The notes below the pieces were generated by a model. The model did no database searches, was not told where the DNA came from, and saw only the letters and a list, made by a program, of their open reading frames with translations. The position numbers were made by a program, and so were the translations under genes. This document shows, one piece after another, positions 9,586 through 18,700 of a stretch of DNA of 64,000 nucleotides (position 1 is the first letter of the stretch; each line of letters opens with the position of its first letter). The DNA lies in assembly GCA_965205235.1 (NCBI GenBank), contig CBDBGD010000008.1, forward strand, positions 204,514-268,513, given 5' to 3'. The DNA comes from Dehalococcoidia bacterium (GTDB taxonomy: Bacteria > Chloroflexota > Dehalococcoidia > Lucifugimonadales > UBA1127).

Positions 9586-10554
9586 ATGACCATTCCCACC
9601 GAACAGCAGTATCCCTACGAGAATCTGGACCGCCTCGTCCGCGTGGTCATGCGGCCCAAGGGCATGTCCGCCAAGAGCCTCCTCAACGCGCTCCTCTACG
9701 CCGAGGCTCGCGGCGATGCCCCAATCTCCTACGACATCGCGTGCGCGCTCGACCCGGCCGCGCCCCGCACCGTCGGCATCTTCACCGGCGCCAGCGAGCC
9801 GGAGCACTACCCCAACGGCGAGAACGACGGCCCCCTCGGCACGATCATGCTCGCCGAGGGCCTCCGAAAGGTCGGCCACAGCGTCGGCCTCTTCATCGAC
9901 CCGCAGCTCCGGCCCGTCATGGGCGCGCTCATGGACTACGTCGGCTACCGCTATCCCGTCACCGTGCTCGACATCGACTCGCCGGAGAACAACGACCCCC
10001 TCGCCGACGGCCTCCAGGTCGCCATCGCCGTCGAGAAGGCGGGCACCAACCCCGCCGGCAAGGTCCACTCCATCACCGGCTTCACCCGCGAGGGCACCCG
10101 CGCCAAGGTCGATGGCCTCTTCCGCCGCGTCGAGGAGCAGGGCGGCATCACCGTCAGCGCCTGCGACGGCATCAACGAGATCGGCTTCGGCGCCATCTAC
10201 GACGCCGTTGCCGCCGCCGTCCCCTGGGCCACCGAATGCCGCTGCGGCTGCGAGCGCGGCGTGATGTGCTCCACGCCCGTCACCTACCTCTACCCCACTG
10301 CCATCTCCAACTGGGGCGCCTATGCCCTGGTCGCAGCCATGGCGCTGTACACCGCCAACCCGGCCCTCATCCACACCCCGGACGTCGAGCGCGACCTTGA
10401 GCAGATCGCCCTCGACTACGACGTCCGCGACGGCAGCCTCGGCGAGGCGGGCCTGTCGATGGACGGCGTGCCCCTGGCCGTCACCCAGTCCATGCTGGCC
10501 ATGATGCGGCACCTGGTGGAGGTCTCCCTGACCACCTACGTCCGCCCCTACTAG
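9586..10554 (+). CDS. D-glutamate cyclase-like (DUF4392) protein
   Basis: ENDGPLG, AVEKAG, DGINEIGFG, SNWGAY motifs. Confidence 0.75.
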   Translation: MTIPTEQQYPYENLDRLVRVVMRPKGMSAKSLLNALLYAEARGDAPISYDIACALDPAAPRTVGIFTGASEPEHYPNGENDGPLGTIMLAEGLRKVGHSVGLFIDPQLRPVMGALMDYVGYRYPVTVLDIDSPENNDPLADGLQVAIAVEKAGTNPAGKVHSITGFTREGTRAKVDGLFRRVEEQGGITVSACDGINEIGFGAIYDAVAAAVPWATECRCGCERGVMCSTPVTYLYPTAISNWGAYALVAAMALYTANPALIHTPDVERDLEQIALDYDVRDGSLGEAGLSMDGVPLAVTQSMLAMMRHLVEVSLTTYVRPY

Positions 10555-10586
10555 CGCCTGTTCCACCAACGGAGGCAGCGTCGAAC

Positions 10587-11276
10587 ATGGCCGAATTCCT
10601 GACCACCACCGGGATAAGTAGTGAGTTGGAGAAGATCATCAAAGGGTCGCAGCGGGGCAGGCTGCTGCTCATCTGCCCCTACCTCAAGTTCAGCCGTAGG
10701 ATTAAGGAGTTGCTCGAATTTCAGGCAAAACGCTGGAAGACGAGCATCTACATTGTGTATAGAAAGAAGCCTGACCTCGAGGAGACCAAGTGGTTGGACG
10801 AAAACAGCGTGTACGCCTTTTTCCGAGAAAATCTCCATACCAAGTGCTATATGAACGACACTCACGCTCTCGTCACATCCATGAACCTGCACGAGTCCTC
10901 ACAGGTGAACAATGATGAGATGGGCATCCTGGTGTCAGTCCAAGACGACCCCGAACTCTACCAGGAAATCAGGGATGAAGCCGACCATATTCTCAGACAG
11001 AGCATGGCTGCAAGGAAAACGAGCCCGGCCCGGGCTGTAGGGCAAACTGCACAACCCGCGTCTGGATTCTGCCTGCGCTGCGCTTCTGCGATCCCATTCG
11101 CTCCGGCACGCCCATATTGCAACTCGCACTATCGAAGTTGGGCCAGATACCAGAACAAGAATGAAGCATCCAAAGAGAAACACTGTCACGCCTGCGGTGA
11201 GAAGCACGGCGCTAGTATGGCCAAACCCGTGTGCTTGTCCTGTTACCGGAAGTGGCCGCTCGTAGGAACGCGATGA
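10587..11276 (+). CDS. single PLD (HKD) domain protein with Cys-rich C-terminal zinc-finger region
   Basis: LHTKCYMND...VTSMNL...EMG; CxxC, YCxxH, CxxC, CxxC tail; lower GC than neighbours. Confidence 0.8.
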   Translation: MAEFLTTTGISSELEKIIKGSQRGRLLLICPYLKFSRRIKELLEFQAKRWKTSIYIVYRKKPDLEETKWLDENSVYAFFRENLHTKCYMNDTHALVTSMNLHESSQVNNDEMGILVSVQDDPELYQEIRDEADHILRQSMAARKTSPARAVGQTAQPASGFCLRCASAIPFAPARPYCNSHYRSWARYQNKNEASKEKHCHACGEKHGASMAKPVCLSCYRKWPLVGTR

Positions 11277-12157
11277 ACAAGCTCCACGGCGTCATCACCT
11301 CCATGCTCACCCCCTTCACCCAGGACGGCGCGCTGGACGAGGAGACCCTCGCCGGCGAGTTGGAGCACCAGCTCCGCAGCGGCGTCGACGGCGTCTGCGT
11401 CCTCGGCGGCACCGGCGAGTCCCTCAGCCTCACCGCCGACGAGCGCCTGCGCGTCGTCGAGACCGCCGTCGGCGTCGTCGACGGTCGCGTGCCGGTCATC
11501 GTCGGCTGCTTCGCGGCCCAGGAGGCGGAGCTCATCGCCTTCGCCCACGCTGCCCACGCCCGCGGCGCCACGGCGATGATGCTCACGCCGCCGCCCTTCT
11601 ACAAGGTCACCGCGTTCCATTTCCAGCGACTGCTGGAGCGCATCACCGCCGCCTGCGACATCCCCCTGGTCCTCTACAACGCCCCCAAGCGCGCCGGCGT
11701 GCGCCTCACCTCCGGCGAAATTTGCGGCCTCGTGCGCGACGTCCCCGCCGTCGTCGGCGTGAAGGACGCCACCGGCGACGTGCCCGACCTCGCCCGCATG
11801 GCCCACGGCCTCGACGCCCGCTGCGGCCTCCTCCAGGGCCTCGACGACGTCTTCCTGCCCAGCCTCGCGGCCGGCGCGTCCGGCGGCATCCTCGCCCTCG
11901 CCTCCGTCCTCCCTGAGCGGTTCGTCGCGATGTACCGCGGCTGGAGGTCCGGCGCTGTCGACGACGCGCTCGCGCAGCAGATGTCCGTGCTGCCTCTCAT
12001 GCAGGTCGTCAACCGCGAGCCCATGCCCGTGCTGGTCAAGGAGGCCATGGCCGCAGTCGGTCGACCCATGGGCCCCACCCGTCCGCCCCTCTACCCCCCG
12101 GACGCCGACGTCGTGCGCGACCTCCACGCCGCCGTCGAGCGGCTGCTGGCGGCCTAG
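11273..12157 (+). CDS. dihydrodipicolinate synthase / N-acetylneuraminate lyase family aldolase
   Basis: TPF..DG, GGTGE, LYN.P and GVKDA (Schiff-base Lys); ATGA overlap with the PLD gene. Confidence 0.88.
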   Translation: MNKLHGVITSMLTPFTQDGALDEETLAGELEHQLRSGVDGVCVLGGTGESLSLTADERLRVVETAVGVVDGRVPVIVGCFAAQEAELIAFAHAAHARGATAMMLTPPPFYKVTAFHFQRLLERITAACDIPLVLYNAPKRAGVRLTSGEICGLVRDVPAVVGVKDATGDVPDLARMAHGLDARCGLLQGLDDVFLPSLAAGASGGILALASVLPERFVAMYRGWRSGAVDDALAQQMSVLPLMQVVNREPMPVLVKEAMAAVGRPMGPTRPPLYPPDADVVRDLHAAVERLLAA

Positions 12158-12161
12158 CTCG

Positions 12162-13124
12162 GTGCGCATCGCGCAGCTTGTCGGCCCTCAGCGCTTCGAG
12201 ATTATCGACGCGCCCGCGCCCACACCCGCCGACGGCGAGGCCCTCGTGCGCCTGCAGCGCCTCTCCGTCTGCGGCAGCGACATGCGCTACTTCGACCGCG
12301 TCCTCCCCGAGGAGCAGTACCCCCTCCTGCCCGGCCGCCCCTGCCACGAGTGCGCCGGCGTCGTCGAGGAGTCCCGCTTCCCCGACCTACGCCCCGGCCA
12401 GCGCGTCATCGTCCTCCCGCCCGGCAGCGCCGGCCTCGCCGAGTACGTCACCGCGCCCGCCAACCGCATCGTCCCCCTGCCGGACGATGGCGACCTCTCC
12501 ATGTGGCTCATGTGCCAGCACATGGGCACCGTCATGTACTCCTACGGGCGATTGGGGAGCGTCTTGGGGCAGCGCGTCGTCGTCCTCGGCCAGGGCCCCA
12601 TTGGCCTCAACTTCACCCTCTGGCTCACTCGCGGCGGCGCACGCCAGGTCATCGTCACCGACCTGCACGACGACCGGCTGGCGATGGCCCGGACCCTGGG
12701 CGCGACCCACACGATCAACGCCGCGACCGACAACGTCCCCGCCGCGGTCGCCGAGGCCACCGGCGGCGCGATGGCTGACGTCGTCATCGAAGCCGCGGGC
12801 GAGCCCGAGACCGTGAACCAGGTCGCAAAGGTGCTGCGATTGGAGGGCAGGGTCGTCCTATTCGGCCAGCCCCGAATGCAGGACGTCTTCCCCGTCGACT
12901 ACGACGCCCTCATGGGACGCATGGCCACCATCGTCATCACCATCGGCGGCCGCACCGCCAACCCCACCCGCCACCTCGCCGACTGCGTCGCCATGGTCGA
13001 AAGTGGCCGCCTCGACCTCTCCCACCTCGTGACCCACACCCTCCCCTTCGACGACGTCCAGCGCGCCTTCGAGCTCTACAGCGAAAAGCCCCCCGGCCTC
13101 CTCAAAGTCGTCCTGGAGATCTGA
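12162..13124 (+). CDS. zinc-binding medium-chain dehydrogenase
   Basis: VCGSD, CHE.AG, GQGPIG Rossmann motif, KVVL C-terminus. Confidence 0.9.
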   Translation: MRIAQLVGPQRFEIIDAPAPTPADGEALVRLQRLSVCGSDMRYFDRVLPEEQYPLLPGRPCHECAGVVEESRFPDLRPGQRVIVLPPGSAGLAEYVTAPANRIVPLPDDGDLSMWLMCQHMGTVMYSYGRLGSVLGQRVVVLGQGPIGLNFTLWLTRGGARQVIVTDLHDDRLAMARTLGATHTINAATDNVPAAVAEATGGAMADVVIEAAGEPETVNQVAKVLRLEGRVVLFGQPRMQDVFPVDYDALMGRMATIVITIGGRTANPTRHLADCVAMVESGRLDLSHLVTHTLPFDDVQRAFELYSEKPPGLLKVVLEI

Positions 13125-13163
13125 GGCCCCCGCGCTCACCGACGGGCACCGCGAGGCGGTATA

Positions 13164-14852
13164 TCAGGACTGGATCAGCCCCTCCTGCGGCCGCGTCCAC
13201 GGCAGGTTGTACAGGGGCGCGAACTGCGGCGCCCGCGGTATGGGCATGTCGCCGAACGGTACGTCGATGAGCGCGGGCGCGCCGCACTCCAGCGCCTCGG
13301 GGATCAGCGTTTCCAGCTCCAGGGGGTCCCTCGCCCTCATTCCGACCGCGCCGAACAGCTCCGCGAACTTCACGAAGTCCGGGTTGTGCAGGTCTGTCTC
13401 GTAGGCGCCGCCGAAGGCCTCGTCCAGGTCGCGGCCCACGTTCCCGTACGAGTCGTTCCTGAACACGACGGTCACCGCGTTGATCCCGTACTTGACGGCC
13501 GTGGAAAGCTCTGACGAGTTGAACATGAAGCCGCCGTCCCCGGCGATGCACACCACGGGCCGGTCGGGCCTGGCCACCTTCACGCCCAGCGCTGTCGGGA
13601 ACGCGTAGCCCAGGTTGAACGAGTAGCCGGAGTCAATGTACGTCTTGGGGTGGTTCACCTGGTAGTGGGTGCGGGCGTAGTAGCCGAACTGGGTGACGTC
13701 CCAGACCATGAACGCGTTGTCCGGAATGCCCCTGCGCATCGCCTCCATGACCGGATACTGCGGCTCCTTGTCCCGGATGTCGTAGTAGGCGATGAGGCTG
13801 CGCGCCGCGGCCACCGCCTCGGCCGGGGATGGTCGGTCGCCGGCCCCGGCCTCGATGAGTAGCGGCAGCAGGGCCTCCATCGTGGCCCTGGCGTCGCCGT
13901 GCAGCGGGACCGTGTTTGCCTGGATGCGCGTGAGGTCGGCGTCGTCTATGTTGATGTTCACCAGCGTGGAGGCCTCGCCGGCAGGGTTGCCGAGCGAGAA
14001 CCGTGCGCCGATGCCTATCACCACGTCGGCCGACTGCATCACCTCGTAGAGCTGGTTCATCTCCTGGCGGTCTCCGCGGGGGCTGAAGCACGAGCCGTAG
14101 GAGAGGGGATGGCTGTCGGGGATGGTCCCCTTGCCTCCGCTGGAGGTGACGACGGGTATGTTCGTGGCCTCCGCCAGTCTGACCAGGGCTTCCTCGGCGT
14201 CGGAGCGCGCCACGCCCCCGCCCGCGAAGATCAGCGGCGTGCGGGAGTTGGCGATGACGTTGGCGGCCTCTCGGAGGTCTTCGCTGCTCGGCACGATCCG
14301 CGGGGCGCGGGCGGGGTCGCGCAGCCTGACCTCCTCGCGCTCCACGCCGGCGTCCGGGGGAATCTCGAGCAGAACGGGGCGGGCGCGGCCCGTCCGCATC
14401 TGCCTGAACGCCTCGAACACGGCGTCCGGGATCTCGCGGGGCCGCAGGGCCCGCCGCTGCCACTTGGTCACGGAGCGCACGGCGCCCGGCTGGTCCTCGA
14501 TCTCATGGACCGCGCCCAGGTTCTTGCCGATTGCCGCCCGCGGGATCTGGCCGGCGATGACCAGCACCGGCGACGAGCGTGCGTAGGCGTTCGCCATGCC
14601 CGAGGCGGCGTTGTAGAGGCCCGCGCCCGGCACCACCAGCGCAACCCCCGGCTTGCCCGACGCTCGGGCGTAGCCGTCGGCCATGTATGTGGTCGCCTGC
14701 TCGTGGCGCGTCGTGATCATGCGGATGGCCGGCTCGTCTCGCAGGGCGGCGACGATCCCGTACACCTGTATGCCGGGGATGCCGAACACAACCTCCACGC
14801 CCTCCCTCACCAGCGACTTGACGAGGGCTTCGCCCCCGCTCATTACGGCCAT
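13164..14852 (-). CDS. thiamine-diphosphate-dependent enzyme (acetolactate synthase-like)
   Basis: VFGIPG, RHEQ..MADGYAR, GDGGFMF...N ThDP motif. Confidence 0.92.
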   Translation of the reverse strand: MAVMSGGEALVKSLVREGVEVVFGIPGIQVYGIVAALRDEPAIRMITTRHEQATTYMADGYARASGKPGVALVVPGAGLYNAASGMANAYARSSPVLVIAGQIPRAAIGKNLGAVHEIEDQPGAVRSVTKWQRRALRPREIPDAVFEAFRQMRTGRARPVLLEIPPDAGVEREEVRLRDPARAPRIVPSSEDLREAANVIANSRTPLIFAGGGVARSDAEEALVRLAEATNIPVVTSSGGKGTIPDSHPLSYGSCFSPRGDRQEMNQLYEVMQSADVVIGIGARFSLGNPAGEASTLVNINIDDADLTRIQANTVPLHGDARATMEALLPLLIEAGAGDRPSPAEAVAAARSLIAYYDIRDKEPQYPVMEAMRRGIPDNAFMVWDVTQFGYYARTHYQVNHPKTYIDSGYSFNLGYAFPTALGVKVARPDRPVVCIAGDGGFMFNSSELSTAVKYGINAVTVVFRNDSYGNVGRDLDEAFGGAYETDLHNPDFVKFAELFGAVGMRARDPLELETLIPEALECGAPALIDVPFGDMPIPRAPQFAPLYNLPWTRPQEGLIQS

Positions 14853-14964
14853 ATCACGCCCTCCCGGCTCGCCTTGGCATGAGACACTATCCTATCACTC
14901 GTCGGTCGTGCGCAGACAGAGCCCGTCCCTGCGAGGGCTGGGGAACCTCGACCACTCCCTCACG

Positions 14965-14996
14965 TCGTTATTCCGGCGAAGGCCGGCATCCAGGGG
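14965..14996. repeat. REP-like palindrome, family A
   Basis: TCGTTATTCCGGCGAAGGCCGGCATCCAGGGG. Confidence 0.7.
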
Positions 14997-15007
14997 TGGG
15001 GGGGCAT

Positions 15008-15126
15008 AGGGGGTGTCCAGAGGGGGATATCCCCCTCTGGCAAGGGGTCTGGGGGATGTGCCCCCAGTCATCAAAATAACGTCCGAGGGTGGGCGGGTGG
15101 GCAAGACCAACGCCGCTCCGTAGGGA
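15008..15126. repeat. ~118-bp double-hairpin dispersed repeat, copy 1
   Basis: Near-identical to 25967-26083; hairpins CCAGAGGGG/CCCCTCTGG and CTGGGGG/CCCCCAG. Confidence 0.85.
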
Positions 15127-15196
15127 GCCGAATTCCCCTGTCACGCGAAGTCGTACACCTGCAGGGGGACAGACCTGGTCGCCTGCGCCCCTCCCA

Positions 15197-15240
15197 CCAT
15201 CACCCCACCCCCAGCACGCGCTGCGCCTCCGCCGCCGCCG
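15197..15240. repeat. 44-bp direct repeat duplicating the lhr 3' end
   Basis: 41/44 identical to 15766-15809. Confidence 0.9.
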
Positions 15241-15257
15241 ACACGAGCGGGAAGCCC

Positions 15258-15769
15258 TCAGGCCTGCCGGAGGTCGTCCCAGCAAAGCTCCTCGTCAACC
15301 ACGAATCTGGGGTCCCGCTCGTATGGGCCGAGAGGACGGCCGTAGCGACGGCGAATCTTCTTCCGAGTGACCTTCCGACCTCCCCGCCGGTCGCGTAAGG
15401 CATGAACTTCGTGCAGGAGGGGAACCACATGGACCACGTCCTGGGATGGTAGACCCCGTCGCCTGGGCGATAGACGCGCATCCTCATCGGGTCCGGGCCG
15501 TAGGCGATGAAGAAAGTGTTGCCGTCACGGAACCAGACGAACCACACCTCTCTGTCAAGGTCGGCATCCTTATCCTCCACGAACAGCCTATGGTCACGAG
15601 CGATGCCGTGCCTCTCCGAGAATGCGTCCCACGTGCCTTCAATTTCGAGAAGGTCAGCTAAATCGTTCAGGCCCATCGGTAGCACGTCGTCACAGTGCAA
15701 GAGGAACCTCAAATTCATGCTCGATTCTTCGAGCATGCGCCGAAGCGTTTCCGCTGTCATGTCCCCCAT
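15258..15769 (-). CDS. hypothetical protein, probably with a -1 frameshift near 15443
   Basis: ATG overlaps the lhr stop (TGATG). After VYHP the alternative frame QDVVHVVPLL...WDDLRQA* has better codon usage; the as-read frame runs on to 15200. Confidence 0.55.
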
Positions 15770-18700
15770 CACCCCACCCCCAACACGCGCCGCGCCTCCG
15801 CCGCCACCGCTGCGTCCGCCGCGTGCACCTCCCCGCCCTGTAGCGACGCCACTGGCACGCCGTCGCGCACCACCACCCGGTTCCCCGGCGTCGCCGGCAC
15901 CCGAGGCCCCGGCGTCAGGATGCCCGCCAGGTTCAGCGGGTCGCACGCCGACACCACCGTCAGCGCCCCCGACGCCTCCGTGCGACGCTCACGACGCAGC
16001 GCCTCCACCGCCTCCGGCAGCGCGTACTGCTCCCCCACCAGCCCCGCCACGAAGCGACCGCCGCGAATCTCCCCCCGCGCCTCGGCGCGCCGGAAGACCG
16101 GCAGCAGCGTCCGCCACGGCGGCGCCATCGTCTCGCGCAGCAGCAGCTCCGGCGTGACCACCCCGTAGCGGCGCAGGAGCTGGAACGCCCGCTCCTCCAG
16201 CACGTCCCCCGTCGACTCCGGCGACTCCAGCAGCGCCCACCGGCTCGACCGCGCGTGCCGACGAGGTCGAGCGCGCAGCCGCGGCCGTCCTCGACGCACC
16301 CGGCGGTTCACGCCGCTGATGAGCCCCCGCAGCGCGCCGAAGCCGTCCGCCGTCACCCGACCCGCCGCCACGAGCTGCCACAGCGCGTCCTCCACCTCCG
16401 ACGGCAGTCGCGCCACCCCCGCCAGGATGTCTGGCAGGAACGACGCGCCCCGCTCCTCCAGGCACGCCAGCACCTCTCGCGCCGCGCCCGACAGCGCCTC
16501 CCCGTCCGCGGTCCGACGGTCCAGCAGCCACGGTAGGTCCTCCCGAAGCCCCAGGCTCAGCGGCCCCGTGCGCGACAGCGGCGTCCGGGCGACCGCCCCG
16601 TTCGCGCTCGACTTCCGACGGGCGAAGCGGCCCCACACCACCTCGCCCCCGAAGCACAGCCGGTCCAGCATCAGCGGGTCGTAGTGCGCCAGCCGGGCGG
16701 GCAGGAGCTCCTCCTCCCACGCGCCCGCCGCCGTCTCGTACCCCTGCAGCTGGTCGATGACCTCCAGCAGCCCCCCGTCGCCCTGCAGCCGCGACGTGGG
16801 GTCCACGTGCTGCCATCGGAACAGGAAGCGCAGGAACAGCGCCACCGGCGCCGGCTCGATCTCCCGACGCAGCCGTGCGATGGTCGCACGGTGGATGCGC
16901 GCCAGGATGCGCCGGTCGCACATCTCCTCGACGGTCCCGCCCGGCGTGAACCGCCCCCGCAGCAGCATCCCCTCGCCCTCCAGCCGCGCGAGCGCGATGC
17001 CGACGTCCCCCTCCCGCAGCGACAGCCATCCGGCCATCTGCCCGACCGTGAACGGCCCCGAGCACTCGGCGCGGCCGCGCACCAGCGCCGCCACCGCCTC
17101 CTCCTCCGACGGCACATCGCCGTCAGCCGGCATCGCCGGCTCGAAGCGCGCATCGGGGTACGCCGCGCCCGCGAGCGCCGCCCGCTCCGCCGCCACCCAG
17201 AACACCGCCCCCTCCGGCGTGCGGAGCAGTGCCGCCCGGTCGTCGGCCACCAGCGCCTCGAACCACTCCCTCCACGTCGCGGCCCACGGTGAGTCCTCCG
17301 GCAGCACGCCCAGCGTGAGCAGTGCGTCGTGCAGCTCCTCGGCGTCCCGCACCGTCGGCCACGCATCTTCTGCCGCCGCCTCGATCGCCGCCACGTCCAG
17401 CGCGCCCAGGTCCTGCGCGTCCTCCGGCAGCGCTCGCCGAAGCGTCACCGCCCTCGCCCGACGCTCCTCCAGCGGGGCGTCGTCCAGGAAGGCGTACGGC
17501 ATCGCGTTGAGCAGTTGGTGGCTGAACGCCGACGGCTGCGGCGTCTCCCGGGCGAACACCTCGATCTCCCCCCGCTCGACAGCCTCCAGCACCCCCGTCA
17601 GCCCCGCCAGGTCCAGCGCCTCCGTGAGGCAGTCCCGCACGGTCTCGAACACCAGCGGGTGGTCCGGCGCCTCGATGTCCGCCCCCCGCAGGCCGTTGTC
17701 CTGGCACGCCACCTGCGCCGGGAACACCGCCGCCAGCAGGTCGTCCGACCGCATGCGTTGCAGCGGCGCGGGCACCTTGCGCCCGCCCGTGTGCCGCAGC
17801 ACCGCCAGCGACCGCGTCGCGTTCCACCGCCAGCGCGTCGTGAAGAACGGCGATTGCAGCGCCGCCTGCAGCAGCACGTCCTCCACCGTCCGCGAGTTCA
17901 GAAAACGAAACACCTGCTCCAGCGGGAACGAGTGCTGCGGCCCCAGCGATATCACGATGCCGTCGTCCGTCGCCGCCGCTTGCAGCTCGAAGTCGAACGT
18001 GCGACACAGCCGCTTCCGCAGCGCCAGCCCCCACGCGCGGTTGATCGCCGTCCCGAACGGCGCGTGGATGACGAGCTGCATCCCGCCCGCCTCGTCGAAG
18101 AACCGCTCCGCCACCACCCGGCGCCGCGTCGGCACGTGCCCCAGCACCCGCACCCCCTCCTCGATGTACGCCACGGCCTGCTCAGCCTCCTCCGCCGATG
18201 CCCCCGTCTCCTCTCGGAGCCACGCCGCGGCCGCCGACGGCTCCTGAAGCCGGTCGTCCAACGCCTCCCGCAGCGCTGACACCTCGTCCGACAGCTCCAG
18301 CGTGCGGCCCGGCGCCTCCCCCAGCCAGAACGGGATCGTCGGCGCCATGCCCTGTGCGTCCTGCACCCGCACCCGCCCCTGCTCGATGCGTCGAATTCGC
18401 CACGGCGTGTTGCCCAGCAGGAACACGTCGCCGGCCATGCTCTCGATGGCGAAGTCCTCGTTCACCGTGCCTACGTGCACGCCCTCCGGGTCCGCCACCA
18501 CGTCGTAGTCGGCGTTGTCCGGGATTGCGCCCCCGCTCGTGATCGCCGCCAGCCGCGCCCCCCGGCGCGGCCGAAGCACGCCGTGGACCCCGTCGCGGTG
18601 CAGGTACGCGCCCCACCGGCCCCGAACGGGCGCAACGCCCTGGCTCAGCTGCTCCACCACCTGGTCGAACTTCCCTCTGGGCAGGTCACGATACGGGTAG

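Noticed and set aside
15200-15257. Orphan protein genuinely sharing the Lhr C-terminal peptide (AAEAQRVLGVG)
   Set aside because: More likely read-through into the DNA repeat caused by an upstream frameshift; the alternative frame stops at 15258.
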